A stretch of DNA of 59,772 nt, the filler included, from Sphacelaria rigidula (taxonomy: Eukaryota), in assembly GCA_964200075.2 (NCBI GenBank). It is 6 parts of 6 records of this genome, joined end to end, with 100 filler letters (N's around TTAATTAATTAA, not from the genome) between each part and the next. Parts side by side here need not be neighbours in the genome. Positions count along the whole stretch, not along the records: positions 29,938 to 39,816 come from CAXNAA020007568.1; positions 39,917 to 49,794 come from CAXNAA020007569.1; 4 more parts are not named here. One strand, 5' to 3'. The translations under genes were made by a program, and so were the position numbers. Shown piece by piece: positions 35,701-47,150 of this stretch. Every line of letters begins with the position of its first letter. Position 1 is the stretch's first letter. A model generated the notes under the pieces. That model was given only the letters and a program-made list of their open reading frames with translations, was not told where the DNA came from and searched no databases.

Positions 35701-38125
35701 CGTGCTGTTGACCTGTGCACAAAAGTAGATCAAACGCAAAAGCATTAGACAATGTTTTGCTGTGGATTAATAGCTCTCACCAGTCGATGGTCGCTGATGC
35801 TGCGCCTGCCCTACGCGGCACCGTTCGGCGGATCACTCCCGACAACATCGTGCAACCTGATTTTGGTTCTCTTTAATTTCCTTGCGTCGAACTATGCTCT
35901 ACCGAGGCTGGGTCCCCTTCACAGAAGGTCTACAGAATGGAACGCATACCCCCTGAGTTGTTATCTTATATTGAACTTGTACAAATGGTCTTCATTGTGG
36001 GCTGCCGTTCTTGATCTTGTTTTTCTCCGGGCGACTATTTCGGATTTTCCTGTTCTGCAAGCGCGGTGGGAAAAAGCCGGAGAGTTGGGTACTGTGTGCA
36101 CCACCTGCCCGTACTCTCTGGCCAAGGGGCAGAGTTTTTTTTCATCAAAACGGGATCGTATCGACTCCTGGAATCGGATCAATCGTTCGCGCGTGAGCGA
36201 GCAAATCATTCTTTTGTCAGTGGTCATCCTCAGATTCCCAACCGTCCAACGGCGGGAGCTGGGAGGAAGCATCTCAGCGACCCGAGGAACAGTTGTTGAG
36301 CCTGAGCGACAAGAGGCTCCACGTTGCGGAGAGCCTGGCTGATATATCAGGAAAAAGGACATGGCCCGTACGGGCCGTGGCACTCTCAAGGTCAGTAGTA
36401 TCGTGTAGTGGTGCTTTGTGCGGGAATGTGTCGAGGTGAACTGGTGCTCAAATCGCACACTCAATAAGCGTCTAGGAAGAAAAGGAAAACCCGGGGACGT
36501 TCACTGAGAATAACAAGGCACATGGAAGGGAAGCCCATGAGAGAGGAGGGCAGGTGGACAAGAAGCCGATTGCATGCATACCACTTGGAGGTGTATCGTT
36601 GCTACACCGGAATGAAAGTCCAAAAAACTGCTGAATTCGATCGGACACCCGGCAGTTTTACGTTCTGTCGGCAGAAAGTTCGAAAATCAGCGCAACGATC
36701 GCCGAGCGTCTCCGCTGCACGTAAGCGTATTCGATGAAAAATTCCTTTCCAGCTCGTGTTGGAAAACAAGTTTTACTGTAGTCACGTTGGTTATAGCACA
36801 AATGTTGAATCGGCATCATTTTCACCCGAAAAATGAATAGGAAACCCTGGTGACCCGCCCTGACTCTCGAAGACCACTTTCATTGTAGGTTTTTTTATGA
36901 GTGCTGCCTTCGTACACGTATCAGGCCAGGTGTTGGGACTACTGTACTCAGAAGTTTCCAAAATTTTACCGATGTTTGCACTGAGATCAGCTTGGTGCGT
37001 ACGAAGGGGAGCATGTTTGGAGTTCACGCGAGGGATTGCCCTGTGCCGTACTCACTTTGCTAGTGTACTGTATTCTGGCCATTGGAATAAACGTGCCAGA
37101 CACATGCCCAACAAGCTGTACAAACAGTAGAGTATACTGTCTTCGTTTCTCCCGTACAGCACAGGTTGTTGTACGATGATGATGTGACGGGGCGACGTAT
37201 ACGTGCATGACCACATTGGAACACATCAATTCACAGCGAAACTCAGTCATCATGCATCGCCCGCTTCAAGGTTGTCAACCATTAAGACGACAGCACTGGA
37301 AACCAATTCTTGAGGCAGGCGGTCCTACCGTGCTCTTTTGTGGCGCTAGTTTCTTCGCATGAGAGCTGTGTACGAGTGGACTTTGATATACTCCCGCCTG
37401 CATCTTGTTCATGTCCAAGTTGATGTCACAGAAAATCATGTGTAACGGACAACAACAATATGTGCTACTCGTAGTATCTATCTCACTAGTCATATGTCGC
37501 GCCCCTAAAATAGTACCGACAATGGCCTCGGGGCGGTAAAAGCGCGGGTTCAATTTCCGATCCCGACCCCGTCGGGACATGAATACGCGCACAAGTATTG
37601 TAACGTAGACAGTATATTCGGCTGAGTTTGCTCAACGGCAGTCGGCGCTGTGTATGAGCTCAAGTCTAGCCCGTGATGCCCGAGATGTAGGGCGTGTAAC
37701 GCGGAAGCAGTGGGTTGATCCCTTGGGACCGAGGGCTCTCTCGAGAAAGGAGGCGAGCAAGAAGCGTCCGCATGTAGTGGTCATAACATGTGACCGGGCG
37801 GCCTGCTCGGGCTTGGCATCTGTGTTTAGGAAGAGGGCCCACCCAGCCCCCCACAGTTGGCCGTTATTCTGAACGGCCTGATTTTGTCCCCAGATTTGAG
37901 ATTCTTCTTGACATCGGTACTGCAGTTTTTGCTGTACACTTTATACCGTTTTACTGTTTTACCTTTGATTATCCCTTGGATCAGGGGATCTTGACTGTTG
38001 AACTTGGGCAATCGTACGGGTATATAAGAAATCACTAAGATGGAGAGAGGGGCTGAGCATTAACTCTGCCTGATGGACGAGTGTGAAATCCTGAGTTGTC
38101 TGTCTCCAAGACCGCGTGCAATAAT

Positions 38126-39069
38126 CCAAGGCTGTGTCCCGTAAGGTACGGTTTTCTCTTTACCCGGGGTATTTTTCCGGGTTTGTACCGTACCCGACAG
38201 TTCTGTAATCTCTTTGAGACATTTATACCCTTACCGGATAGTTCTGTAAGTTCTGTAGAATACATTCACCCGAACCCGAAAGGCGGGTATACCCGAAAAT
38301 AGTCACCCGATTGCCGGTACCGGTTCTCTGTGAGCCTCTCATACCGTACCCGATGAGTTCTGTAAACTCAGCGAGACTTCCAAACCGGTACCCGACAGTT
38401 CTGTAAGCCCTGTAAGCTTCCTGTACCCTCACCTGGGGTTAGGGTATACCCTTGCAGATATACCCCGTTGCAGGTACGAGCACAGGTATATACCTTCTGG
38501 AAGTATGGATAGAGGTTCAATCAAAACACAAACATGACCTGATGGCCCGAACATGTACCTCCCAGCTCCTACCACCACACCCTGCCCTCTCATTCATTTC
38601 AGCACCCCAGCCAAAAAATCCAAGGTTGTGTTCTGTAAGGTACGGTTTTCTGTATACCCGGGGTATTTTTTCCGTGTATGTACCGTACCCGACAGTTCTG
38701 TGACTTCCGTAAGACTTTCATACCCTTACCCGATAGTGCTGTGAGTTCTGTACAGTACATTGACCCGAACCCCAAGAGCGGGTATACCCGAAAATAGTTA
38801 CCCGATTGCCGGTACCGGTTCTTTGTGAGTCTCTCATACCGTACCCGATGAGTTCTGTGAAGTCTGTAACACTCTCATACCGGCACCCGACAGTTTTGTA
38901 AGCTCTGTACACAACATTTACCCGAACCCGAGCGTCGGGTATACCCGAAAAAATTAACCCGACGGTTCTGTAAACTCTGTGAGACTTCCAAACCAGCACC
39001 AGACAGTTCTATAAACTCTGTACGGAATCTCATACCCTACAAAACGTACCCGTACCTTACAGAACACAA
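38126..39069. mobile_element. Two adjacent copies of a TACCCG/GTTCTGTAA-rich TIR element
   Basis: Copy 2 (38621-39069) has a perfect 20-bp TIR TTGTGTTCTGTAAGGTACGG / CCGTACCTTACAGAACACAA. Copy 1 (38126-~38450) has the same left end and lacks the right end. The interior is built of ~35-40-bp subrepeats TACCCGACAGTTCTGTAA. Confidence 0.8.
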
Positions 39070-40229
39070 GGCGATCTATTCGGACATTGAACATGCGAGA
39101 GTGTCGGAAAACACGTTTTTTAGTCATTTCAAAGTGCGAATATGTCAGGATCAGAGTGTAAAATAAAAAATAAAATACCTCATAGAGAAAAAATTAAGGA
39201 AAAACCACATTTGACGGAGGAGGAAATAATTTTTTGGCACACCCTGATCCTGAGATATTTGGACTCTGAAAAGGCAGAAAAGCGTTTCCCGAAACTCTCC
39301 AATTGTTTCTCCAAGATTGTCAGAATTCTCGTTTCCCGTCAATTCAAAGCATGAAGCGTGTCTTACCGACACGAAAATAATTATGTTCGCCTGTGATTGA
39401 CTGCGACAATACGAGTAACCCATATGCAAGATGATCAGTGGGCTTCGGGCCGAATGAACTTGGCAGGATGCAGCTCACCCTTCATGCGATTCGCCGGTCA
39501 CATGACGGCGCTTCGTGCTTGGTGCTTGGTGATTGACTGCGAGCCTGGTCCGCCGAGAATCCGGCGTGCTCCGTCCCGGCTTTGATGTAGGAATACGAGG
39601 TCGTGAGATGTGGTTGTTTTGACTACGGCATGCAAGATCATGAGTTTATCCCCCCCACAAAACGACTACGACTATAACTAAACAATGGTCAAACGACTAC
39701 GGCAAGCAACAAATGAGTACGCCCCCCCCCCCCCCCCCCCACCACACAACCAAAAACAACCCACAAACCACACACACACACCGCCAGCGGTCGACGTCGG
39801 CCACGTTGCTGATCAANNNNNNNNNNNNNNNNNNNNNNNNNNNNNNNNNNNNNNNNNNNNTTAATTAATTAANNNNNNNNNNNNNNNNNNNNNNNNNNNN
39901 NNNNNNNNNNNNNNNNGTGGCGACGGGATTTCCACTTGCTCCGCCATATCACTGTCGCCGTATAGTGTGGCTTCCTACTCTTGTCAACTCTGACTTCAAG
40001 TATACTAGTGCGCCACTCTAACTTCAAGTACACTAATGTGACATATTCGCGCACCGAACTCGAATTGAGGTATTCACAGATTCCCACTGACAAAAATCAC
40101 ATATATGAAAGTTTGTACTGCTTCGCGAGAGTTTTGTCGATGCATACAATTGGACACACTTCGCCCGTCGTGTGATATCATTCGACAAACCCAACCCGAC
40201 TGCTCCGGGGTTTCATTTCCGATACATCC

Positions 40230-42519
40230 ATGACGTATCTTTCTGGAGGTCCCTTTGGTCTTCCACAGTAAAAATGGTTGCCATCGGTCTTCTCTGTTTC
40301 CATCGTTTCTTCTTTGTCACAACTTGAAATAATGAGGCGTCTGGCCCGGGGACGGGAGGGGAGGGTTCCAAAGGGGTAAAGTGGCGCAACACGCCTGTTC
40401 ATGTGAGCAGATGGCCGTTGAGGGTTCACAAGGGCATTGTTGTAGTAAGTGAGGATCTCTGATCGTTTTGTCTGGCCAAGCCACACGGGTGTATGCGCTG
40501 AGTGGGCGCTACAGACTGTCATGCCCAAGTGGTGCAGGCTGGCTACCACTATTGCTGCGATGTGTTTGAGGAGCATACTCTCCGTTTGTTTTAGATTTCT
40601 TGGTAGTTTCGAGGCGTTGCTGGTGCACGTCCTGCTTCTTTTAGTGTTTCGCCGCATAACATCATTTCAACCATACGCTATGTTTCTTCGCTGCTACTGT
40701 ACTGTTATGGGTAGGAGTGGGGGCCCTAACGACCAAAAATCGACACAAGATTTCAAACAAAAGATAACGCAGAGGAATAATGAACACATCAGTAGGTGGT
40801 CGGACCTGTGCCGAGGCCCTCACGAACAGAACACATGCTTCATCACTTATTGACTTGGTTTAGTATGAGAAAGCTGTAGCACTAAATATCGAACGGTTCT
40901 CGACACAGAAAGCAAGCCGGTCCACGGCACTTGACAGCCCCCCGCATACACACAAGATCTAGGGGACCTAGTTTGATATTTTGCTGGCGTCGCGTCAGCG
41001 GCCCGGAAATCCCTTACCATAGCGAAAAACACCTTATTTTAGTATATTTCGTTTATTTACGAGTCAGCATCACGCGCAAACGCGAAAAACAAACTAGGCG
41101 ACGTAACTTGGGTGTGTGGGAAGCGCACGCAAGAAACTGCAGTCCAATCCCCCGCTTCTTTGCCGAGTCGTAAGCGTTGCGCGATCGGCACTTTTGGGGT
41201 GAGGATTAGTAGCATCTTTCGAGGTCGAAGATGGCAAATTCAAAAAAATCGGTGCGCATACTTCTTTGGCTGCCGCAAGCAAGTTATGACGACATGCACT
41301 TTGGTTGCGTGCCCCCAGGTGCTGCTTTGTTCTGTGCGGCTGTGCACAAAGGGCAATTTCGCCCTTCAACGGCAAGTATCCTTTCAAGTGTCGAGTTACA
41401 GAGGGAGAGTTGACAGAAGAAAGACAAAGCTGGCGGCTGCTTCGTGTCAGGGCTCCAGTGCAGAAGCCAAGGCGTAGAGAGCGATTTCAGTATGTGCGCC
41501 ACATCTGCTGGCGACTGTGGTCATGTATTTGGTAACTGTCTGTATATACTATTAATAGTATCAGAATGAGATGCAAAGCATGCGATGTTCGACAAGCTTC
41601 GTTTTGGGCTGCGTGCTTTTTTTCTTGCGACGAGCAGTGTGTGACGGATGGTATTTCACTTTGTGGCATGCCACCAGGTGCTGCTTCGTTCTCTACGGCT
41701 GTGCACAAAGGGCAACTATCGCCTTTCAATAGCGTGTACCCTTCATATATTGAGTTGCAGAGAGCGAGGTCACATATGAACTTCGGCTGCTGTGGCGCGA
41801 AGAGTGCTTTTGATTCTAGACTGCGCACCATGTATGCCCAGGTCGGCAGAGCTACGATGTTTCAAGTGACTTTCTGTCTGTGTGTGTTGTCGTCCCATCT
41901 ATTCTGTGTGTTGTCGTCCCATCAATTCTGGACGCCAGTCTATACCTTTCGGGATATGTGGGCGCATCAGCCGGGGTCACACACGAGGAAGGTCAACACA
42001 GGAGCATTTTATTCTTTATTTGTTATTAGTACTCCACCTTCCTTCTGCGGTGCTTGCCCTTTGTTTTATCGCGAGAGGGGTTCAGCAATCCTTTCCCCTC
42101 GTCGACCGTTAAGTCGAATTTTCCCTGTACATGCTGAAAATAGGGGAAAATTGACGTCAAAGATGTTGATCTAGACAGAGAGAACCCGACCGTGCTCGAG
42201 CGACTGACAAGATGGGATTCCTTTCACTCATGCCATGAACCTGACCCCATGGGGTCCATGAAAAATTCACTCTCCAATCCCGCAGTCACAGCTGTGTGTA
42301 GTATATGCAGCGCGTAGCCAATCCGCACAGCGTGAACCTCTTGATCGTCAACATCATCAGCATCGTCCTCAGTAGTTTTCGTATGCGCGACGCTGCTGCT
42401 CATGATCTCCAAATTTCCGTCCTCTCTCGTTCTAGCACCATGTCTGGCACGCCTTTCACTGCAGTTACGTTGGTGTGTGGCGGCCACAGCAGGTGCTGTT
42501 CGTGCTCTTGTCTTGTTAT
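40230..42519 (-). CDS. Possible exons of an unknown protein
   Basis: Two protein-like open frames: ~42519-42230 (...EDDADDVDDQEVHAVRIGYALHILHTAVTAGLESEFFMDPMGS) and ~40554-40230 (IVVASLHHLGMTVCS...SEILTYYNNALVNP). Splice sites are weak or ambiguous and no homology is recognised. Confidence 0.3.
41240..41850 (+). repeat. Diverged direct duplication (~250 bp, offset ~359 bp)
   Basis: CCAGGTGCTGCTT(T/C)GTTCT..GGCTGTGCACAAAGGGCAA..TCGCC(C/T)TTCAA occurs at ~41315 and ~41674, with continuing similarity on both sides. Confidence 0.8.
41878..42125 (-). mobile_element. Probable retroposon 3' fragment with duplicated terminal motif
   Basis: The minus strand ends ...GAATTGATGGGACGACAACACACAGAATAGATGGGACGACAACACACAC, a tandemly duplicated ~24-nt terminus plus an (AC)n tail. 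This resembles slippage at a retroposon 3' end. Single copy in the window. Confidence 0.5.
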
Positions 42520-43214
42520 CTTCGCAATGACGGTAAACGTGGGGTGGCAGCTCGGGTGTGTGTGCTTCCCGAGTGGTACAGACAGAAGCAGGACACTAGC
42601 TAGGGCAACAAAATTGTCCATCTACTGATGTGGAGCGGGCTTTCCGGAGACAAAAAGAATATCACCTAAACACAGACTTCCAGGCTTGAATGAATGTACT
42701 AGAAAAATAGCTCATTTCTTATGAGCCAAATCGTCATCTGTAGGTGACGCGTGTATTTTCCATTGACATGATCCGTTGGATTACGGGCCACTTCTGACGT
42801 ATATACGAGCTGGGGCGGCAGTAAACCCAGCATTCTTTGTCGTTACCACAACTCTTCAAGTTCCACAAATCAGCACGACCTGAGCATATCGCTGTGAACT
42901 GCAGACTAACCTGGTAACATAAGGCACCGCCGCTGCTCGATTGGTGCACTTGTGGCGATGATGTTACTGTACTGCATTGAGTACCGAGTACGTCCCAATT
43001 ATTTGTGCGATAGCGTGTCTGGAGTCTGGAGACGTTTCGTTTCACAAAATGCGGTGGAATTACGATAGACCGTTGCGCCGCGTAGGCACACGTACACCTA
43101 ACATGCCCAGACAAGAGCACACTGGTCGTGCTGCAAGATGGTATCAAGCTCGTCATAAGCTCCATAGTGGGGGAGAACTTCCGAGCCAACTGTCGTATAT
43201 CACCGCACGAGAGA

Positions 43215-43412
43215 GAAGTACTACTTGAAGCTGCGCTATACCCCCCCCCAAAAGCAAGACCATCACCAAAACATCGAGACTCTTTGCAACCCAGAGGTAT
43301 ATGAGAGTATCCACGATTAGTGTGCACACAAAAACGTTTTTGTCGTGTCGGGATTCGAACTCGTGACCTGTGTCATTTGAGGCTGTTGAATCAGTTCGAC
43401 CACCGGGGTCAC
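43215..43412 (-). mobile_element. tRNA-derived SINE (degenerate Pol III head)
   Basis: The minus strand begins GTGACCCCGGTGGTCGAACTG (A-box-like) with B-box GAGTTCGAATCCC at 43362-43350. There is no complete cloverleaf, and unrelated body sequence follows. The 3' boundary is approximate. Confidence 0.6.
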
Positions 43413-46400
43413 ACAAAAAGTGCCACGCGAAGCCCAATTTTACGTATATTTGGCTGAAAAATTACAAGGATGTGGTTGACGCAAGTGCCCGTATGTGCCG
43501 CAGCGTTGTCATCGGTTCTATCATTTTTTGAGGAAGCTGTAGCGTTTTCCCTGTTTTTGCTGAAACTTCAACTCGCTCTTACTCCCGATTTGTTTTTCCT
43601 CTGCACCCCTCACAGGGTTGCGCAGATTGATGATAAAAATGTCGCGTCAAAATTTCAGCGCCTAGCTCTTCGAATTGCCGAAAGCATCTCCATTCTTCGT
43701 TGAAAAATCACCGATGGCCGGCCCAGCTCGAAGCGTTCAGCTTGCACTTTCCAGGAATAAAGTACCCAAAATCGGCTCCCCGTTCCTACCCATAATTGCG
43801 CAGACGGACTTTTACTCATCAGCCGCTATGTGATATACAACGAGCAGTTCAGCAGTACAGTGCACACTGCTTTTATCTCCGCTCAGTTCAATACAACAAT
43901 CGTGTGTAGCTCTTTACATTACAAGAGGGGAGAGGTAGATGGCAAAGACTACACGGAGCAAAAGTACTCCCTTTTGTTCGTGTCGATAGATGATAGTCAA
44001 ATTATTAAGTACAGCCTCATCTCCAAGTAGGCGATACTGGGAAATTTGTAGTGGAACTTGGTGGATCATTCCACCAATCAGAACTATCGAAATGCTCACC
44101 CCACCCCCCAGGCCTGATGGCTGATCTAGAAATTTCCCTCCACGACGCATGGTTGATCTGCGAAGTATTCGGTGGTCATCGGGGAAACTGCGCGCCCCTC
44201 CGTTTATAACATTGACCCCCCTAAGCTGTCGGCCGGCGAAAATGTTCCGAAACGATGCTGAAGGCCAAAGGCATAACTCATTGACTGCGACACCCTCCCA
44301 CATCGTCTGAGATATCCTATGGCACACTTGAGGGTCGGAAAACTCTCCCCTACCCCAAGAGACAAAAAGCCTATTTTCATGAACAGTGGATGTTGAGCAT
44401 CTATAAACGGCGAAAGCTTGGCCTAGATATATTCGTGACGGTTCTTATTCGTTCCTTGGACCTACCATCGATGATATGATAACCGTCCATTGGTGACAGA
44501 AAAGTCTAGCTAGACCCTGACACCAGCCCCGAGATCGCAACAGCAGGATGTTACATGCCCTCGCAAGCACGGAAGACCGACGCGTTGCGAGTTGTGAATC
44601 TACTTCTAGTGTCGATGCGCAGAGACTCGGGAACCATTTCCGGGGAGAAAGGGGCGTATCGTTGTGGCGTTCGTGAACGGCAAATTGACGGGAAAAGAAC
44701 AGAATGTGGGGGTGCTATGGTTGGAATTGGCGCGTGGACTCCCTTGCGCGCAGTGTGCCGTATCAGGTAGTGTAGTGAGTGATGACCCAGAACAGGTAGG
44801 CTTAAAAAATAATTCCTGGATCAGGTAAACCTGGTGGATATTTGGCCTAGAAAGGAGAAATGGTTTCTGGAGGCGAGGCGTCCTTTCGCGCATGACCGTA
44901 TATCGCGAGTAACATGTTTTTTCCTTCTGTTTTTTTCGAGACCCGGGTGCCAAGGAGCCCCCCGATTGATGTTCGTGAAAAATTCGGAGCGAAAGCGGTC
45001 TAGATTGTGTTTTGTTATTCTCGTATTTTTTGCCAGATTTCGTACTTGTCTTATGCAGAAAACGATGAGGTATACTTTTCTAGGCAATTGCCCTGATAAA
45101 ATTATCCCAGATTCACAAAAGGAGCAAAGTGGAGGATGAAAGCGTTGCGGGATCTGAGATTTGTGTATCGGGACGAATCGTTACATAATGCAACTGGTTC
45201 AGCGAACAGCTGTGAAGCAGGAATCGGATTCAGCATAGTCGGACAAAAATGGTTGACCAACAAACCGGAACAAGAGAGACGGTTGCACAGTTAATTGGAT
45301 AGAAAGGCAGTACAGGTCTAGTACAGTGTTATTCGGCAATATTGTCAAGCAGCACAGGCAGCATTTTCGTTTTCCCTCCCACCCATCCAGCGGTGGAAAG
45401 TATATTTATTTAGGTAGTATTTCAAGATAGCAGAAAGGAGTTGCTCATTTTGGTTTGTGTGCGATTTGGCGCGAGTCTTGGCATGCGGTGCATATGAGGT
45501 ACCAGGATGTAGAAATGGTACTCGAGATGGAGAGGGCATACCGTCTCCATCTTTAGCTCGTGCTTCGTAGCATTTCCTGTCGCTTTGAATGTATGCCTGC
45601 GGACGAAACTTGAATATATTTTTCCCAGATTCGCAGAAGAGCAATGCATGTCCTCTTGCCCCCCTTCGAGCTTCTTGTTCGACTTGAATTTTTCCATTGG
45701 AAACTTCCAAATACGCAAGGTTAACTTTGTAAGCGTTTCGGTTGATCTGGGAACAGACACCCTCTGCCCGCCTCAAAATTAGGCTCACCTCCCGCAGATA
45801 GGGGTAACTCAAAGTAAATGAAAATATCTTCGCGCGAAGCGCGAGTATAGCCGAGCGTTTGAAAATCGCCCCCGGGTAAAAATCGAGGACCCACCCGGAA
45901 CCAGGGAAATAACTATCGAATGGGACATGTCCTGTATCACTGTGCTGCAGCACAAACACACTCATGCTCTGTCTTGTGTGCTGTAGCTGTCGCTGCGCTG
46001 TGGCGTCTTCAGGCCTTTGTGGAGACGGTTTGATTTCCGCTGGGAGTTCCTGAGTTGCTCAATATTGTTATTCCGTTCGTCTCTATGAAAAATAATGTTG
46101 TCGGCACGCAGTGCTCTCTACACACCGTTGAAACGTCTATGGCGTGTTGGCTGTTTCGTCTCGAGCCAAAGGAATAAGGCGCTCCCCAAACCCATCATTT
46201 CTATGCTGTAGTTCTCGCTGTGCTATTGGGCATCTAAACACTCTAAGACGATAACGGTGCTATGTGCACTGGAGAGTGCCTGAGCAGTTGTACTGCTGCG
46301 TGATGTGTTTCGGGCTGCACACAATCGGGGTGGGATCAAGGTGCTGTCGAAACAAAGAAATGTGAAAACAATCATCACGCGACGGCTGTAAAGCTGTCTG

Positions 46401-46984
46401 TTGAGTCTTCTCTGGTACTTCAGTTTTAGTCGGGTGCTGTGATCGGGGAAGACACGCCAGGCGGGTGCGCGCAGGTTGGGACAAACAAACTGAGCCAGCA
46501 CGGAGCTGCTGTATCCTCGTTTATTGACGGTAGCAGCTGTCTCATCGCAGCGGCGCCATGTGTGGGCCAATCAAAGCTACTTTTTAACTCACATTCCACT
46601 CGTTTTTCTCATCTGAATGAAGAAGGGTCGCCGCATTTCGGTATATTTCAATACTAAAATATGATTGGTCGAAAAAGCTTTCCACTCATAATTCTTGCCC
46701 TTATCTATGGGCCCAGTGCCAAAAAATACTCTCGTGCACCCTGGAAACCTTTCACACATGGGACGGATCACTTTCTATAGGATCCGGGTCATACAGCTCA
46801 AGTGTGAACAAACATGTGTACCCGATTCGGGTGATACAGTTCAACTAGTTATGGAACGGTCCTCGTGATCCGGATCTCATCGATCAAGAGGGAGGTATCT
46901 TGTACGGGGTATACGGATACACGGGTTCTCCTTGACGTTTTCTGTACATCTGATTCGGATTACATAGGTGTGCCCAAGGAGATC

Positions 46985-47150
46985 ATGTACGGATCACACG
47001 GGTCATACAGATCATCATCGGACAGACATGTACGGATCGCACGGGCCATACAGATAATCATCAGACAGACATGTACGGATCGGACGGGCCATACAGATAA
47101 TCATCGGATAGATATGTACGAATCGTACGGGTCATACAGGTCAGTCATCA
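46985..47150 (+). repeat. 43-bp minisatellite (~4 copies) inside a GATC-rich degenerate repeat zone (~46760-48200)
   Basis: ATGTACGGATCACACGGGTCATACAGATCATCATCGGACAGAC units start at 46985, 47028, 47071 and 47114. Confidence 0.9.

Noticed and set aside
43340..43412. Functional tRNA
   Set aside because: The T-arm/B-box is present but the acceptor and anticodon stems do not pair; treated as a SINE head.
45345..45965. 206-aa ORF as transposase or Fanzor/TnpB
   Set aside because: No DDE, RuvC or zinc-finger motifs seen; it looks like non-coding repeat sequence read through by chance.
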